Shown piece after piece: positions 38,721 through 51,440 of a DNA stretch of 64,000 nt. Position numbers and translations under genes: made by a program. The stretch lies in assembly GCF_964355755.1 (NCBI RefSeq), contig NC_092677.1, positions 23,857,175-23,921,174 on the forward strand, given 5' to 3'. The stretch comes from Antedon mediterranea. Taxonomy: Eukaryota > Animalia > Echinodermata. Below the pieces are notes generated by a model. That model did no database searches and was not told the DNA's origin. It saw only the letters and a program-made list of their open reading frames with translations. Position 1 is the stretch's first letter, and each line of letters begins with the position of its first letter.

Positions 38721-40640
38721 ATATAGAGCAATCAATCAATACATAAAGCAATCAATCAATACATAGAGCAATCAATCAATACATAAAGCAATCAATCAAT
38801 ACATAGACCAAACAATCGATACATAAAGCAAACTATCAATATATAAAGCAAACAATCAATACATAAAGCAATCAATCAATACATAGAGCAATCAATCAAT
38901 ACATAAAGCAAATAATCAATACATAAAGCAAACAATCAATACATAAAGCAAACAATCAATACATAAAGCAAACAATCAATACATAAAGCAAACAATCAAT
39001 ACATAGAGCAAACAATCAATACATAAAGCAAATAATCAATACATAAAGCAATCAATCAATACATAAAGCAAACAATCAATACATAAAGCAAACAATCAAT
39101 ACATAAAGCAAACAATCAATACATAGAGCAATCAATCAATACATAAAGCAAACAATCAATACATAAAGCAAACAATCAATACATCAAGCAAACAATCAAT
39201 ACATACAGCAAACAATCAATACATAAAGCAAACAATCAATACATCAAGCAAATAATCAATACATAAAGCAAACAATCAATACATAAAGCAAATAATCAAT
39301 ACATAGAGCAAACAATCAATACATAAAGCAATCAATCAATACATAAAGCAATCAATCAATACATAAAGCAAACAATCAATACATAAAGAAAACAATCAAT
39401 ACATAAAGCAAACAATCAATACATAAAGCAAACAATCAATACATAAAGCAAACAATCAATACATAAAGCAAACAATCAATACATAGAGCAAACAATCAAT
39501 ACATAAAGCAATCAATCAATACATAAAGCAATCAATCAATACATAAAGCAAACAATCAATACATAAAGAAAACAATCAATACATAAAGCAAACAATCAAT
39601 ACATAAAGCAAACAATCAATACATAAAGCAAACAATCAATACATAGAGCAAACAATCAATACATAGAGCAATCAATCAATACATAGAGCAAACAATCAAT
39701 ACATAAAGCAAACAATCAATACATAAAGCAATCAATCAATACATAAAGCAAATAATCAATACATAAAGCAAACAATCAATACATAGAGCAAACAATCAAT
39801 ACATAGAGCAATCAATCAATACATAAAGCAAACAATCAATACATAGAGCAATCAATCAATACATAGAGCAATCAATCAATACATAGAGCAAACAATCAAT
39901 ACATAAAGCAAACAATCAATACATAAAGCAAACAATCAATACATAAAGCAAACAATCAATACATAAAGCAAACAATCAATACATAAAGCAAACAATCAAT
40001 ACATAAAGCAAACAATCAATACATAAAGCAAACAATCAATACATAAAGCAAACAATCAATACATAAAGCAAACAATCAATACATAAAGCAAACAATCAAT
40101 ACATAAAGCAAACAATCAATACATAAAGCAAACAATCAATACATAAAGCAAACAATCAATACATAAAGCAAACAATCAATACATAAAGCAAACAATCAAT
40201 ACATAAAGCAAACAATCAATACATAAAGCAAATAATCAATACATAGAGCAAACAATCAATACATAAAGCAATCAATCAATACATAAAGCAATCAATCAAT
40301 ACATAAAGCAAACAATCAATACATAAAGAAAACAATCAATACATAAAGCAAACAATCAATACATAAAGCAAACAATCAATACATAAAGCAAACAATCAAT
40401 ACATAAAGCAAACAATCAATACATAGAGCAAACAATCAATACATAAAGCAAACAATCAATACATAAAGCAATCAATCAATACATAGAGCAATCAATCAAT
40501 ACATAAAGCAAACAATCAATACATAGAGCAAACAATCAATACATAAAGCAAACAATCAATACATAAAGCAAACAATCAATACATAGAGCAATCAATCAAT
40601 ACATACATCAATCAATACATAAAGTAATCAATAAATCAAT
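38721..40640 (+). repeat. 20-bp minisatellite, consensus ACATAAAGCAAACAATCAAT, about 94 in-register copies plus degenerate edges
   Basis: Directly visible; variants AAAG/AGAG and AACAATC/ATCAATC/AATAATC. Confidence 0.98.
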
Positions 40641-41464
40641 ACTTAAAGCAATCAATCAACAGTTCCATTTGTGTAGCACCATTTCCAAATATCATTGGTT
40701 TTGTGTCAAAAAAGATCACAACTTGGAGTGAGTTTTCAGTAGTGAATTGAAGTTGCCGTAAAAAATGTTAATAATAAGTATGACATGTTGAATTGTTATA
40801 CGTCTATAAAGTAGCAATTTGAAGATCTGGATTAATCTTAAAATTCAAGTTGCTTAAAATAGATACGTAATAGATACATACGGTTCAATACGTTACATTG
40901 CGAATACAAGGCGAGGTAAAGGGTATTCGGTGGGGGGGGGGGGGGCGGAGGGAATGGGTGCGGCCGGCTCAGCTCACGTTACCTAAAAACTTTATATAGG
41001 CCTAAACATAATACATATTTAGAACATATTGTGTAAATATGTATTTTACTACATCATACGTTGTCTTCGTATGCTACAATAATGGGTTAGTTGTTGCATG
41101 GAGGTATATTATACCTCCATGGTTGTTGCAAAGGCCTCGATATTGTAGTGCCAGCCTCATGTTTACAGAATGTAGAATTCCTTCTTGTTATGTTTTTCTT
41201 TAGAAAATCGATATATAGCCTGACGTGTAGACTTAATTCAATTCATATCTGCGTTATTTGTTATAGCCCCAGAGGAATACTCCTTATTAGTAATGCCTTC
41301 ATGTTATATAACGTCACACCCTAGAATGAATAGTTTAGATAAGTTAGGCCTTAAGTTTATTTATTAAATAAACTTAAACTTAATAAAATAATATTGGAGA
41401 ATTTCCGTTAAGTGCAATCCACAATATTTATTGATTTAAGTGAAATGCTTAGTAGGTACTATTG

Positions 41465-41651
41465 AAGCTTGGTTCCCACTAGGACGAACGCAAGGACGTA
41501 GACACGCAACGTAAGCGTTTTAACCAATGACAAGCGAAGTTATAGACAGTTAGCAATCACAAGCGAATAAGCCATCGCTTGTGATTTGTCAATTCACTTG
41601 CGTTGCGTTACGTCCTTGTGTTGCGTCGCTAGTATAGTGGGAACCACGCTT
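41465..41651. mobile_element. MITE family A, full-length, opposite orientation to 13032-13212
   Basis: AAGCTTGGTTCCCACTAG ... TAGTGGGAACCACGCTT. Confidence 0.9.
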
Positions 41652-42922
41652 AAGGAATATCTCATTTATTTGTGAATATGTAACTCGGGAATTTGTTTTA
41701 CTTTTGTTAGAACAAGACAATTCTCTCCAGCCTAAGTGTTTGAATTTCCGAAAATTATTTTATTCCTTTTCATTATTTGCTTTAAAAACAATTGTTGGTT
41801 CTACAAGACAACCTCAGCGAGTCTCCTGTATATGCTATTACTTATTATAGTCACAGCAGCCTACACTGTACTGTATCATTCTTTATAACAATAATTTCAA
41901 TGTATTAAATTGTAACCATAACCATTCGCAATTAGGGACTGTTGTTACAATCCTTAATCCATCAATTCATTATTCTGTATCATAATTGACAGTAAGTGAT
42001 CACCAAGGGTTGTAACCTGTCAGTTTTTGCCTTAACCTATCTACACCCACAAGCATAGTATTTACTGAATCCTGCAGACTCAGCGGCGATCTGCCGCCTC
42101 TAGACGACAATCAAGTTACATAGCACCAGCGCCTGGGGGCCTAGCTCAAGTTAATCTAGCGATTTGGTCCGAATGCATGGTCAATTTTGTTCACGACCAG
42201 GGTGGTATATTGATGATCCAAATTGTTATTCTTAGATTAGTTGTGGCCGCCATAAATGTACTCAGTATCTCATCTTACCCTACTACTCAAATCTCAGTAG
42301 GAGATTCGACCCCAAGAAAACTTTTCCACAAATAACTAATTATTCTTACACGGATCTATTTACTTTTGGCGAAGGTTGTGTGTTTTCTGTGACTTGTATC
42401 ATCCTAGGGGTTTTATCGTATCCATCACTCATTATTATACATCGTTGAAACTTAAAGGAGCTTCACGTAGTCACTAAAGTTTGGTTGTCGTATTTAACGC
42501 AATGCAATGGCATTCGCACGCTTAACTGCGTTGGGCAGTCACAAGCGACACTTACAGATCCATCGCGTCGTGATTGGTCAAAACTTGCGTTGCCTTTTCA
42601 TACGTCCTTAAACAATTAAAGATGTAGGCCAAATATTGGTCTAAAGCAAAATTAATTTACTCGTACAATTGTGATTGCATCAAATTCACGTTTTGATTAT
42701 AAAAATATTTAGTTCTCAAAAAAAAATCCTACGAATTATTTATACAAAAAGTTTCCAGCTTTCTTGGAATTTAAACTTTACCCTTTGTTGATTGAACTTG
42801 AAAAATAAATTAATTTGTAATCATACAGCGCAAACAAATTAGTGTTTAGTGTATAATTCTCTAGGCCTATAGCATAATAAATCTAAATCATGTTAAATTG
42901 TGGCAATTGAATTATAAGATTC

Positions 42923-43251
42923 AAAAACCCATAAAATAACTTGTTTTATAATAATTATCTTAGGACGGACCCTACTAAAGTATATTTTAAAAACAGTTAA
43001 GGCACTATTTACTCACTTAGGCCTACTTACTTACTAGGCCTAAAGGAATGGAGTTAAAAACAGTTTTATTAAATTTGTTAATAATGTTATAACTGTATTT
43101 TAAATGCAAAAACCCTTAAAATAATTTGTTTTATGATAATTATCTTAGGACGACCCTACTAAAGTATATTTTTTTTTAAATAAAGGCACTTTTTACTCAC
43201 TTAGGCCTACTTACTTACTAGGCCTAAAGAAATGGAGTAAAAAAGTTTTAT
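42923..43251 (+). repeat. ~185-bp-period tandem duplication (2 diverged copies)
   Basis: AAAAACCCWTAAAATAAYTTG...TTATCTTAGGACG(G)ACCCTACTAAAG...CACTTAGGCCTACTTACTTACTAGGCCTAAAG at ~42923 and ~43108. Confidence 0.88.
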
Positions 43252-43447
43252 CAAAAACGGAAAAATATCAAACATTATATAATTCAGGAAATTCATTAAA
43301 TTCCATTATCGACGCAACGAAAAGATAAAAAAAAAACGTTTTTTAACAATTTCAGGGAAAAATTCAAGAAACCCAACAGAAATAAACATTTTACATTTCT
43401 GTAATGGTTATTGAATCTCCTGTTTTATACCGCATTTAATATCTGTT

Positions 43448-43755
43448 ATTATATAACACCTATATAAATTCCTGTCATTTGATTGGACGAATGTGGGTCA
43501 CATGGCGTGCAATAGTACGCACTATTCAACGATCGTTAAATAGTACTTTTATTCAAATAACTAGAATTTATTTAGATGTTATATAAAACAAATAATGAAT
43601 GTTTTGTATTCGTGTAATGGTACAAATAATGGCACTTGGTGAATGATGAAAGGTTATATCAACTCGGCTTTGCCTCGTTGATATAACCTTTCATCATTCA
43701 CCTCATGCCATTATTTGTACCATTGCACTCATAAACATTCATTATTTGTATAATA
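43448..43755. mobile_element. Non-autonomous element ending in a 162-bp hairpin (43588-43749); resembles CryptonV-type non-autonomous elements
   Basis: Arms ACAAATAATGAATGTTT..AATGGTACAAATAATGGCA..GGTGAATGATGAAAGGTTATATCAAC and its reverse complement surround a TCGGCTTTGCCTC loop; TGATTGG near the other end. The family call is from recollection of the motif and was not searched. Confidence 0.6.
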
Positions 43756-44239
43756 ACGTTATAACTGTATTTTAAATCTTATTGTTATGTTTTTAATGTC
43801 GAATTGTATTGACGTTTTAAACCATCTTTCGTACCGTCGTATTGCTTGTAATGATTTTCTTTTCGATAACATTTTAAAATTTGTACTGATTAAGAATAAC
43901 CTTTTACCGCTGACGTTTATTTATTGATTACCATTCCACTTCTCAGCGTCGTTTGACCGCTTAGTTAGATTATAGGCTGTGCCCAAATCTCTTTTTAAGA
44001 CACTGGAAAGACGAATCTAAAAATATAAATACATTTGATATGTATAACGTTTTCGTAATAAGCCTATATAATTTTCCACTAACCGTCAGATTCAATTACT
44101 TGTGTATATGAATAACTTAAATAAGTTGATCTGTGGTGGTTATCACTATAAAGGTGCTCCTAGCGGTTCAATCCTACCTTTTGTCAGGGTTGTAACTCTT
44201 TCTTATACCCCATTCTCTACGCTCAAATGAGACACCTGC

Positions 44240-44375
44240 GAGGTTCCTACTCTAGCGAAACAAAGACGTACGCGCAACGCAGGCGAAATGACCAATGGCA
44301 AGCAACGGTTCAAATAATCCATCGCTTATTATTGGTCAAATTACTTGCGTTGCGCTGACGTCCTTGCGTTGCGTT
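44240..44375. mobile_element. Diverged relative of MITE family A (another remnant at ~42495-42610)
   Basis: ACGTACGCGCAACGCAGG..TGACCAAT..CCATCGCTT..ATTGGTCAA..CTTGCGTTGCG..ACGTCCTTGCGTTGCG. Confidence 0.65.
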
Positions 44376-45801
44376 TGTAAGCACGATATATTATAGTTTA
44401 TCCAGCCTGTAATTGGTGATTTTCTCGACCTTGGATTCCTATGAAAAAAAATAAAGACATTGCTTACTTAAAAACGTTTGATACAACAAAGTATGCTCAA
44501 GACACGTGACGTTATCCAAGAACGACTACAGTAGTAGATATGGAATTTTCAATATCAGCATTAAAATTTATTTTGTTTTTCGTAATTTTCTAACAAAGGA
44601 TTTCGCAGGATTTTTTTCCTTTTTATTTCGTCCCCATTTTCTTTTTAGGATTATATTTAGTGTACGGTAACTGTATATAATTCAGTATTTGTTCGAGTGT
44701 TTAAAAAAAGTGAGAAAATGATTACACGAACGAATAGGCCTACATGCTCTATTGTAATATATAAAGAGTGGTTCAGTACAGTCAATGACCCACGAAACTA
44801 TCCGAAACGGCTTCATAAAACTTTATGAAGGCGATGCATCGCACGTGAATATAAAACGCAATTATCATGTTGTGATGTAGCGTACTCGCGGGTCGCTCGA
44901 TTGAGATCGGGTTATAAAATGCTAGGTGTTCGGATCGAATGACAACCAACAAAGAGGGTGATATTCAGCTTGAAAAATGGTTATAAAACGTCAACCTTAA
45001 CGGATGGTAATGAGGATACAGTGAGGTAGTTCACGTCTATTGCCTAGGCCCTGTGAGACAAGAGAAGATATCACATGTCTCCCTTCAGACGTCAATGTGC
45101 CAGGCTTTACCAGTTATCATGATGTGTATCCGTTCTCGTGGGGGTTATTTCCATTATAAACCTGTGAGCAACTATAGTTTCGAGTTATGAGAACGATTAC
45201 TCGAAGGCATAATATACTCAGTCGAGACTATTTATTGTTGATTAATTAGTTACTGTTAGGCCTAACAGATAACGATTTAAACAATAATCAGCGATTAGTT
45301 ACTAAGCCTAGAAATCAAAACTGAAATTCATGTAAAAAAATAAACTATATTATTATTAGCTAAAAAAAGAAGCCTACACCTAAGTAACTAAAAAAAGAAG
45401 CCTACCTAAGTAACTAAAAAAATAAGCCTACCTAAGAATACCAACAACAAAAAAGCCGCCCATGGGCTTCATTTCGTGGTTTACAGTCATTGGTCAACAA
45501 CTGCAACGATTAATACAATTTGCTATTTATTTATTATTGATACGTAAGATTACAAAAAAATATCTTAAATTAAAAAAGAAAATATTTAGTAACATCAACT
45601 AATAGTAATTTTTAAATTATTACTTATTATTATAACTTATTGTTTTGTGTCTATAACTTCAATTTAATTTTAAAATAAATGTATTTCTCTCAAAATAACA
45701 ATCCTCAGCTTCATCATTGTCATTTGTTGTTGATTGTTTACCCGAAAATTAAAACGTAAGCAATCACACAGATCAACACAGACTAGGCCATGTTGATTTT
45801 G

Positions 45802-46101
45802 TTTATTTATTTATTATTTATTTATTTTATGTCTTTAGGCAATGTGGCCAAGGATTACCAATAGTGAATTAATCACTGTCCTATCAGATAGGTGGTAATC
45901 CCCCTGATACAGGGGCTATTGTGTGAACCAGTTCACCGGGGTAACCCCCTACTCTTTTTCGAATAATGAACTGGGTTTCTTTAAAGTACACACAGGTTAT
46001 AACTGTGTACACTGGACCTACGGTTTATAGTCCTTATCCGAGAAGACTTGTTCCACCACCAGAACTAGGAGCGAGTCGGCCTCGAACCCTTGCCGATGTT
46101 G
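45802..46101 (-). mobile_element. tRNA-derived Deu/Nin-like SINE, 5'-clipped (A box lost), (TAAA)n tail
   Basis: Minus strand: ACATCGGCAAGGGTTCGAGGC (B box) .. TCTTCTCGGATAAGGACTATAAACCGTAGGTCCAGTGTACACA .. CTTTAAAGAAACC .. AAAAGAGTAGGGGGTTACCCCGGTG. Confidence 0.8.
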
Positions 46102-46984
46102 CTGTATTGATATATTGTATTTTATCGTACTGATTTATTTATAGCTTTTTAATAACTTTATTATAACATATAGTCTATGCAAAATTTGATTTTGTTCGTC
46201 TCATTGTTCAAGTTTTGAGAGACAATACAACTTTAAAGTAACGTAAATATGACGAATACGACCCTTAAAAAACGATTGTTTTAATGGTATTCCTCTGACT
46301 GGGTTCATGCTCTATTAAACATAGTATCTATAGTTTTATGGGTTTTTTTCCAAAACGTATTTTTTAGGCCTATAGAATCATAAAAAATAAATATGAAAGA
46401 GTTAGATTAATATCAAACTAAATCTAGTAAATTATAGCATGGATGATTGAAATAAAAGTTTGAAAAAAGTAAAATTATGTTTTAGTTAAATATTAGAGGA
46501 AAAAAGAATTTAAAACAATAAAACTCAAGTTGTTTCCTCTGGCTAAAGAATATTTCTTTCGGTGATATTTTCCCAAACATTGTAGGAGTTTTTCAAACAC
46601 TGGCTGACTTCCCTATGTTGATTAACTTCAGTTAAGTTGAATATACAGTAGTAACTGTATTGTAGCTATGTCTAACAATACATATTTTGTTATGCTTTTT
46701 ATTTTAAATTCAACAATTTATAGGTAAATATATTTAAATTGTCTTATTCATTTTAATGATGCTTATGATTCGATGTTTTCGTTGAACATACTATTGTTAT
46801 GTTTTTTCTACTACTAGTACAACAAGGTAATTGTCTATTTAATGTATGATACGGGATCCGATTGACCTTTTACCCGAAAAAAGGCTAGTTTCTATGTTGA
46901 CAGTGTGTAACCTCGCTCTTAATGCCTGTATTTGACACGATAATGCTCGTTCTCGTATGTCAGCGCTAAAAACATTGCTCTGTT

Positions 46985-47260
46985 TTCGACGTGGGGGGCG
47001 GGACATTGGATCGCCCATTTCTCACTCTACTTTCGGACTGAGTTGGCGCTCTTCTACAACTCTACCAACAAACTCCTCAACCAAACATTACAATCGTTTA
47101 CTCGGTCGTGTATACAACCACCCGCTAACTCATCCACTCTGTTCATTGAGTTTTTATGTGTATTTTATTCCGGTTCTTTATGGGACGTCAACTGTGTTTT
47201 TGGGGTTCTACGTCAATGTTTCCTTAATGAGTCACCAGTTAAAATATAAACGATACAGAT
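46985..47260 (+). promoter_or_regulatory. Putative FoxF proximal promoter
   Basis: GC box GGGGGGCGGGAC (46993-47004) next to ATTGG, CRE-like GACGTCA (~47184), AP-1 TGAGTCA (47228-47234) and TATAAA (47245-47250) about 140 bp upstream of the ATG. Confidence 0.55.
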
Positions 47261-47386
47261 AAAACTACCAAAAAGTATTTATCTTTGAGATATTGGTAGC
47301 AACACGTTGCTCATCACAGTATAGCCCGAGGACTATCCAGGTAAACTTCTTTATTTACAATAGTATCGTGATTTTACTTTTTCCAA

Positions 47387-48596
47387 ATGACGATTCAGGA
47401 AAGAATGGCCGTTTCGTCAATGCAACAGCAGCCGCCGCCAATACACACACAGCAGCAGACGATAACGGCTCACAACCACCAGGTATTGCACACGACTATG
47501 CAGGTAGCACAGATGCAGCAAACCTCGCCACCGTTAATCAAGTCAGAATGCACTGATTTGGACGACAGTTTGTCATCATCTACACAGCAAATTCACTCAA
47601 ATACCAAAGACGATACAGACTTATCAGCAGAGGTAACAGCCGATTCTCCTACCGATAAACCAAATGCCGGTAAAAAGGTAGGAGCTGGAATCCGTCGCCA
47701 CGAGAAACCACCTTATTCATACATTGCTTTAATAGTCATGGCAATACAGAGTTCACCAACAAAACGGCTTACTTTAAGTGAAATTTATCAGTTTCTAATG
47801 CAGCGTTTTCCGTTTTTCCGTGGTGCGTACCAAGGCTGGAAAAATTCAGTTCGTCACAATCTGTCACTAAATGAATGTTTCATCAAACTACCCAAAGGCT
47901 TAGGCCGACCTGGAAAGGGACATTACTGGACAATAGATCCTGCTAGTGAGTTTATGTTTGAGGAGGGGTCGTTTCGCAGACGTCCAAGAGGATTTCGTCG
48001 CAAGTGTCAAGCCCTCAGACCCCCGTATGCCATGATGAACGCAATGACGGGAATGCATGGAACCCCAATGCTAGGCGGATCTCCACTTGATATGTTCGGT
48101 CAAAACCCCAATTCTGCTGCTTTATCAAACATGGCATGTTCCATGGGAAACACAAACAATAATAATTATGACAATATGGGAATGAACATGATGGGTTTCC
48201 CTGTAAACCTAGGTTCCAATTCCCCAAATGGAGGCGGAGGCGGTGTCGCCGGCGGCTACATGTCGACTTGTGCTGTTTCAATGTCAAATCAGGACTATGG
48301 TGGGCCTCCTCTACAAGCAAGCAATGCGGCATCACCAACAAACCACCAAGGCATGTATTTTTCACAGGCAAATGGAGTTGTTGATAACCAGGTTATGTCG
48401 TATGCAGCGGCCTCGTGTTGGCCGACGGGATTTGGTAGCGGTGGTCGATACATCAAGCAGCAACTAGCAGATTGCAACGGGGGAAACACATCACCTATCC
48501 AGGCCATGCAAGCCACAGACCAGAGCCAGTACCTTAGCCCACTTCCACATGTTTCTACGGGGCATAACACTGAACCAACGGACCTGTCACATCATG
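47387..48596 (+). CDS. FoxF: Forkhead box protein F (FoxF), coding exon 1; likely spliced at G|GTATGT after 48596 (unspliced frame would stop at 48637)
   Basis: [110 protein letters not shown] is the FoxF-class forkhead domain, with a YIKQQ motif downstream. The donor CATG|GTATGT is phase 1 and near the C-terminus, like the single vertebrate FOXF1 intron. Sequence turns sharply AT-rich after 48597. Confidence 0.94.
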
Positions 48597-50874
48597 GTAT
48601 GTTATATCATTCAATCAATCTATTTCCAAATGCATAATAATTAACTTTAATACAATATGTGCATTATTTCGCTACGAACACTTTCAAAACATTCGTCAAT
48701 ATTACTTTAGTTAGTGAATTATTAAGCACTGCAGCGTATCCATGATATTGAATCATGGAGAGAGGGTTGAAGTATTAAGTATACAATATTGTTAAATTAA
48801 GTGCTGTACTAAACCTGTGTATTGATGGTAATATCAGATATGTATGAGAAATCTCCTATTCTATATGGCGTTTGTAACAGTGGTATAGGTATAATGAAAT
48901 GAGTGTGATGTCCTACACATTTTTATATTTTGTGTATTGGCTCAAAGGCAAATTACAATACAATGATGCGGGTATCTAACTTATCAACTTAGTTTATATA
49001 GTCCACTAATAGCGAAATGTGTCTACTCCTATTAAAGGCTAATATTATGAAGGAATGTATATAACCGATGCTGTGTATTATACCTGATTTTTTTAAAGTA
49101 TGTTGCATATAAATAATGACATAGACTGGCAGAGCATGTATTAATATTATATTATACTACTGAGCTATAGGTTTTATTCTCATAACGTAATGTAAAAAAA
49201 AACTATGTAAAGATAGGTTGTTTGGTATCGTACAGGCCTATAACCCTGACTGAGTTCTATTTACGTTAACTTCTTCATGCATTGTTGCCAACAAATTACT
49301 CATTTACAAACCCTGTGCAATCACTCTTTATCCGATTACTATCCAGCTCATATTACTAGTTATAATTGTTTCAGTCCAACCATGCATTATGCTTCTGATT
49401 ATGAACCAACCGGTATTTAATAGTAAAGTAAAACCAAATTGATAGTTATTCATTACCAATTTTTAAAAGAGATAAACGTTAACTTCGGATAACCTTTCTT
49501 TGAAGCGACAACCCTTAACACATTGCCCTTTTCAATTTAACCGGACTTTACTACGTAACACACAAATTATTATATTATTACATCCACCTAAGCTTTACCG
49601 GAAAATTAAATACGGTAAGGTCCATTTTTTTAAAAAGAGTTTCGTCTAATACAGGAACTGCTGTATTTAACCACAAGAACGAATAGTCTAGTCGGAACAC
49701 AGCAATTATGTACAGTACACTAAAAGTATATCACCTTGTTAAGTCAACCACACATCAACACAACTCTACGTGATTAAGAACATTTAAATGTCATATTTAT
49801 TGTTGTTTTCTTGAGCAATATACCGCATGATTAGTGAAAACAAAATTAACGTAAACTGTTTGGGTGTCGCATTGGTAAAAAACAGTAATGGTTATTATTA
49901 AATCGCAATATAGAGATGAATATGTAACGAAAAAATATTACGAGGTAATTGATATTTTGAGCATTAAGTTAATAATTAAACACACTAGTATTTGTAAGAG
50001 GCATATACATTGCATCACCAGCACTAGATCATTGCAGTCGTCGCGCGCAAAGCGAGCGATTCGTGGGGTCACTGAGTTGTTTTCAAGGGCCCCTATATAA
50101 GAGGTTGGTCAGGCCGTTTGTCAGAACCTGAAGGTCATTAAATTGATATTGTAGCTATTTTCAAACCCTTATTTGAATCGTATTTTTAACGAATATTATA
50201 ATTATTATTATATATATTTTGTATTATTAATTATAGTATTATAACATTTTGAATTCGGGATGGAGCCAAAATACACAATGGTTTTGGTAAAAAAAATTTT
50301 TTTTGGTTACCTTATGATATTTTATGTATAATGTTTGTGTGTAAAGCAAAGTAAAGAAACATTATGTTGAGCGCTACATAAGACTATTATTATTATACTT
50401 CTGAATTTATGTACAGATTTCGTCGTACTCATTTTGCTTTAAATTCATCCTTGTCGCTCACTCTAAAAAGTATTTGGGTGGTCTACCTTGCAGTTATTTA
50501 CATAATCCATGGAAGATAAGATGATAGGTTTTATTTATATCATCATCACAAGTTTTAAAAAGAAGGAATTGCTAAATGCCATGTTTGAACGTTTAGTAAA
50601 ATAAATATTAAAATGGTTCAGACCGGTTTTAATTTCACTTTATTATTTAGTCTTCCTTCGTTTGCTTTGTTTCCATTTTGAACATAATTCTGTGTCGAGG
50701 CAAATTGATATTGAAATGTGCATGAACTGTACTATTAAAAATTCTATAACAAATACGTTTTTAACAATGTAACCGTCCTAAACTCAAATATGGTATGTCA
50801 CGTGCCTACACTTAATTCTGAGCAAATTAATTTTTCCTTTGGAGATTAATAAAATTATTCTGATTCTGATTCAG

Positions 50875-51440
50875 TGTTTTAATCCGATATTCGATCACTG
50901 GACTGATTAGTGACGTAAAATTATAATTTTATATTTTATTTGGGTGTAACCAAAAATAATAATCCTTGCCTGCATTAGATAAGGAAAGAATAACTATTGC
51001 ATTTGTCATGGAATCTGTGCTAAGTCCTAATATCTATAATTATACTTTAAAAATAAATAATGCAATATATAATTTATTAAAGTTAACTTTCTTTTATTTC
51101 GTAATTCGTTCATACAAATAGGCCCTATATCATTGTTTTAATTCGATATTCAATCATTGGATTTATTAGCGACATAAAATTATGATTTTATTTTAAAACA
51201 GGTTGAATTGAATACAAAAACATTATTATAACCAAGCAATATTAGGCCTATTCATAAAGAGAAACAAAAATAGACCTAACTGGTTTTCAATTTCATTTAA
51301 TTGGTTAAATAAATACTTGAGTTGTGTAACCAAAAATAATAATCCTATCCTACCTACATTTTTCAAAATATTTATAAATTTTAAAATTAAATATTAAAAA
51401 TGTAATATATCATATGCATTTATTAAAGTTAACTTTTAGT
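50875..51440 (+). repeat. Old, diverged tandem duplication downstream of FoxF exon 1
   Basis: TGTTTTAATYCGATATTCRATCAYTGGA..AAAATTAT, GTGTAACCAAAAATAATAATCCT and ATTTATTAAAGTTAACTTT each occur twice in the same order. Confidence 0.7.

Noticed and set aside
38721-40640. CRISPR-like reading of the regular array
   Set aside because: No unique spacers, no cas genes and a eukaryotic context; it is a head-to-tail minisatellite.
10884-47386. FoxL1, FoxQ1 or an intervening gene between FoxC and FoxF
   Set aside because: No third forkhead domain or convincing multi-exon gene was seen; very small exons cannot be excluded by eye.
47293-48570. Overlapping alternative-frame and antisense ORFs at FoxF (47293-47556, 48015-48371, 48228-48467, 48295-48570); also 10524-10769 antisense to FoxC
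   Set aside because: Shadow ORFs of GC-richer coding sequence with no recognisable domains.
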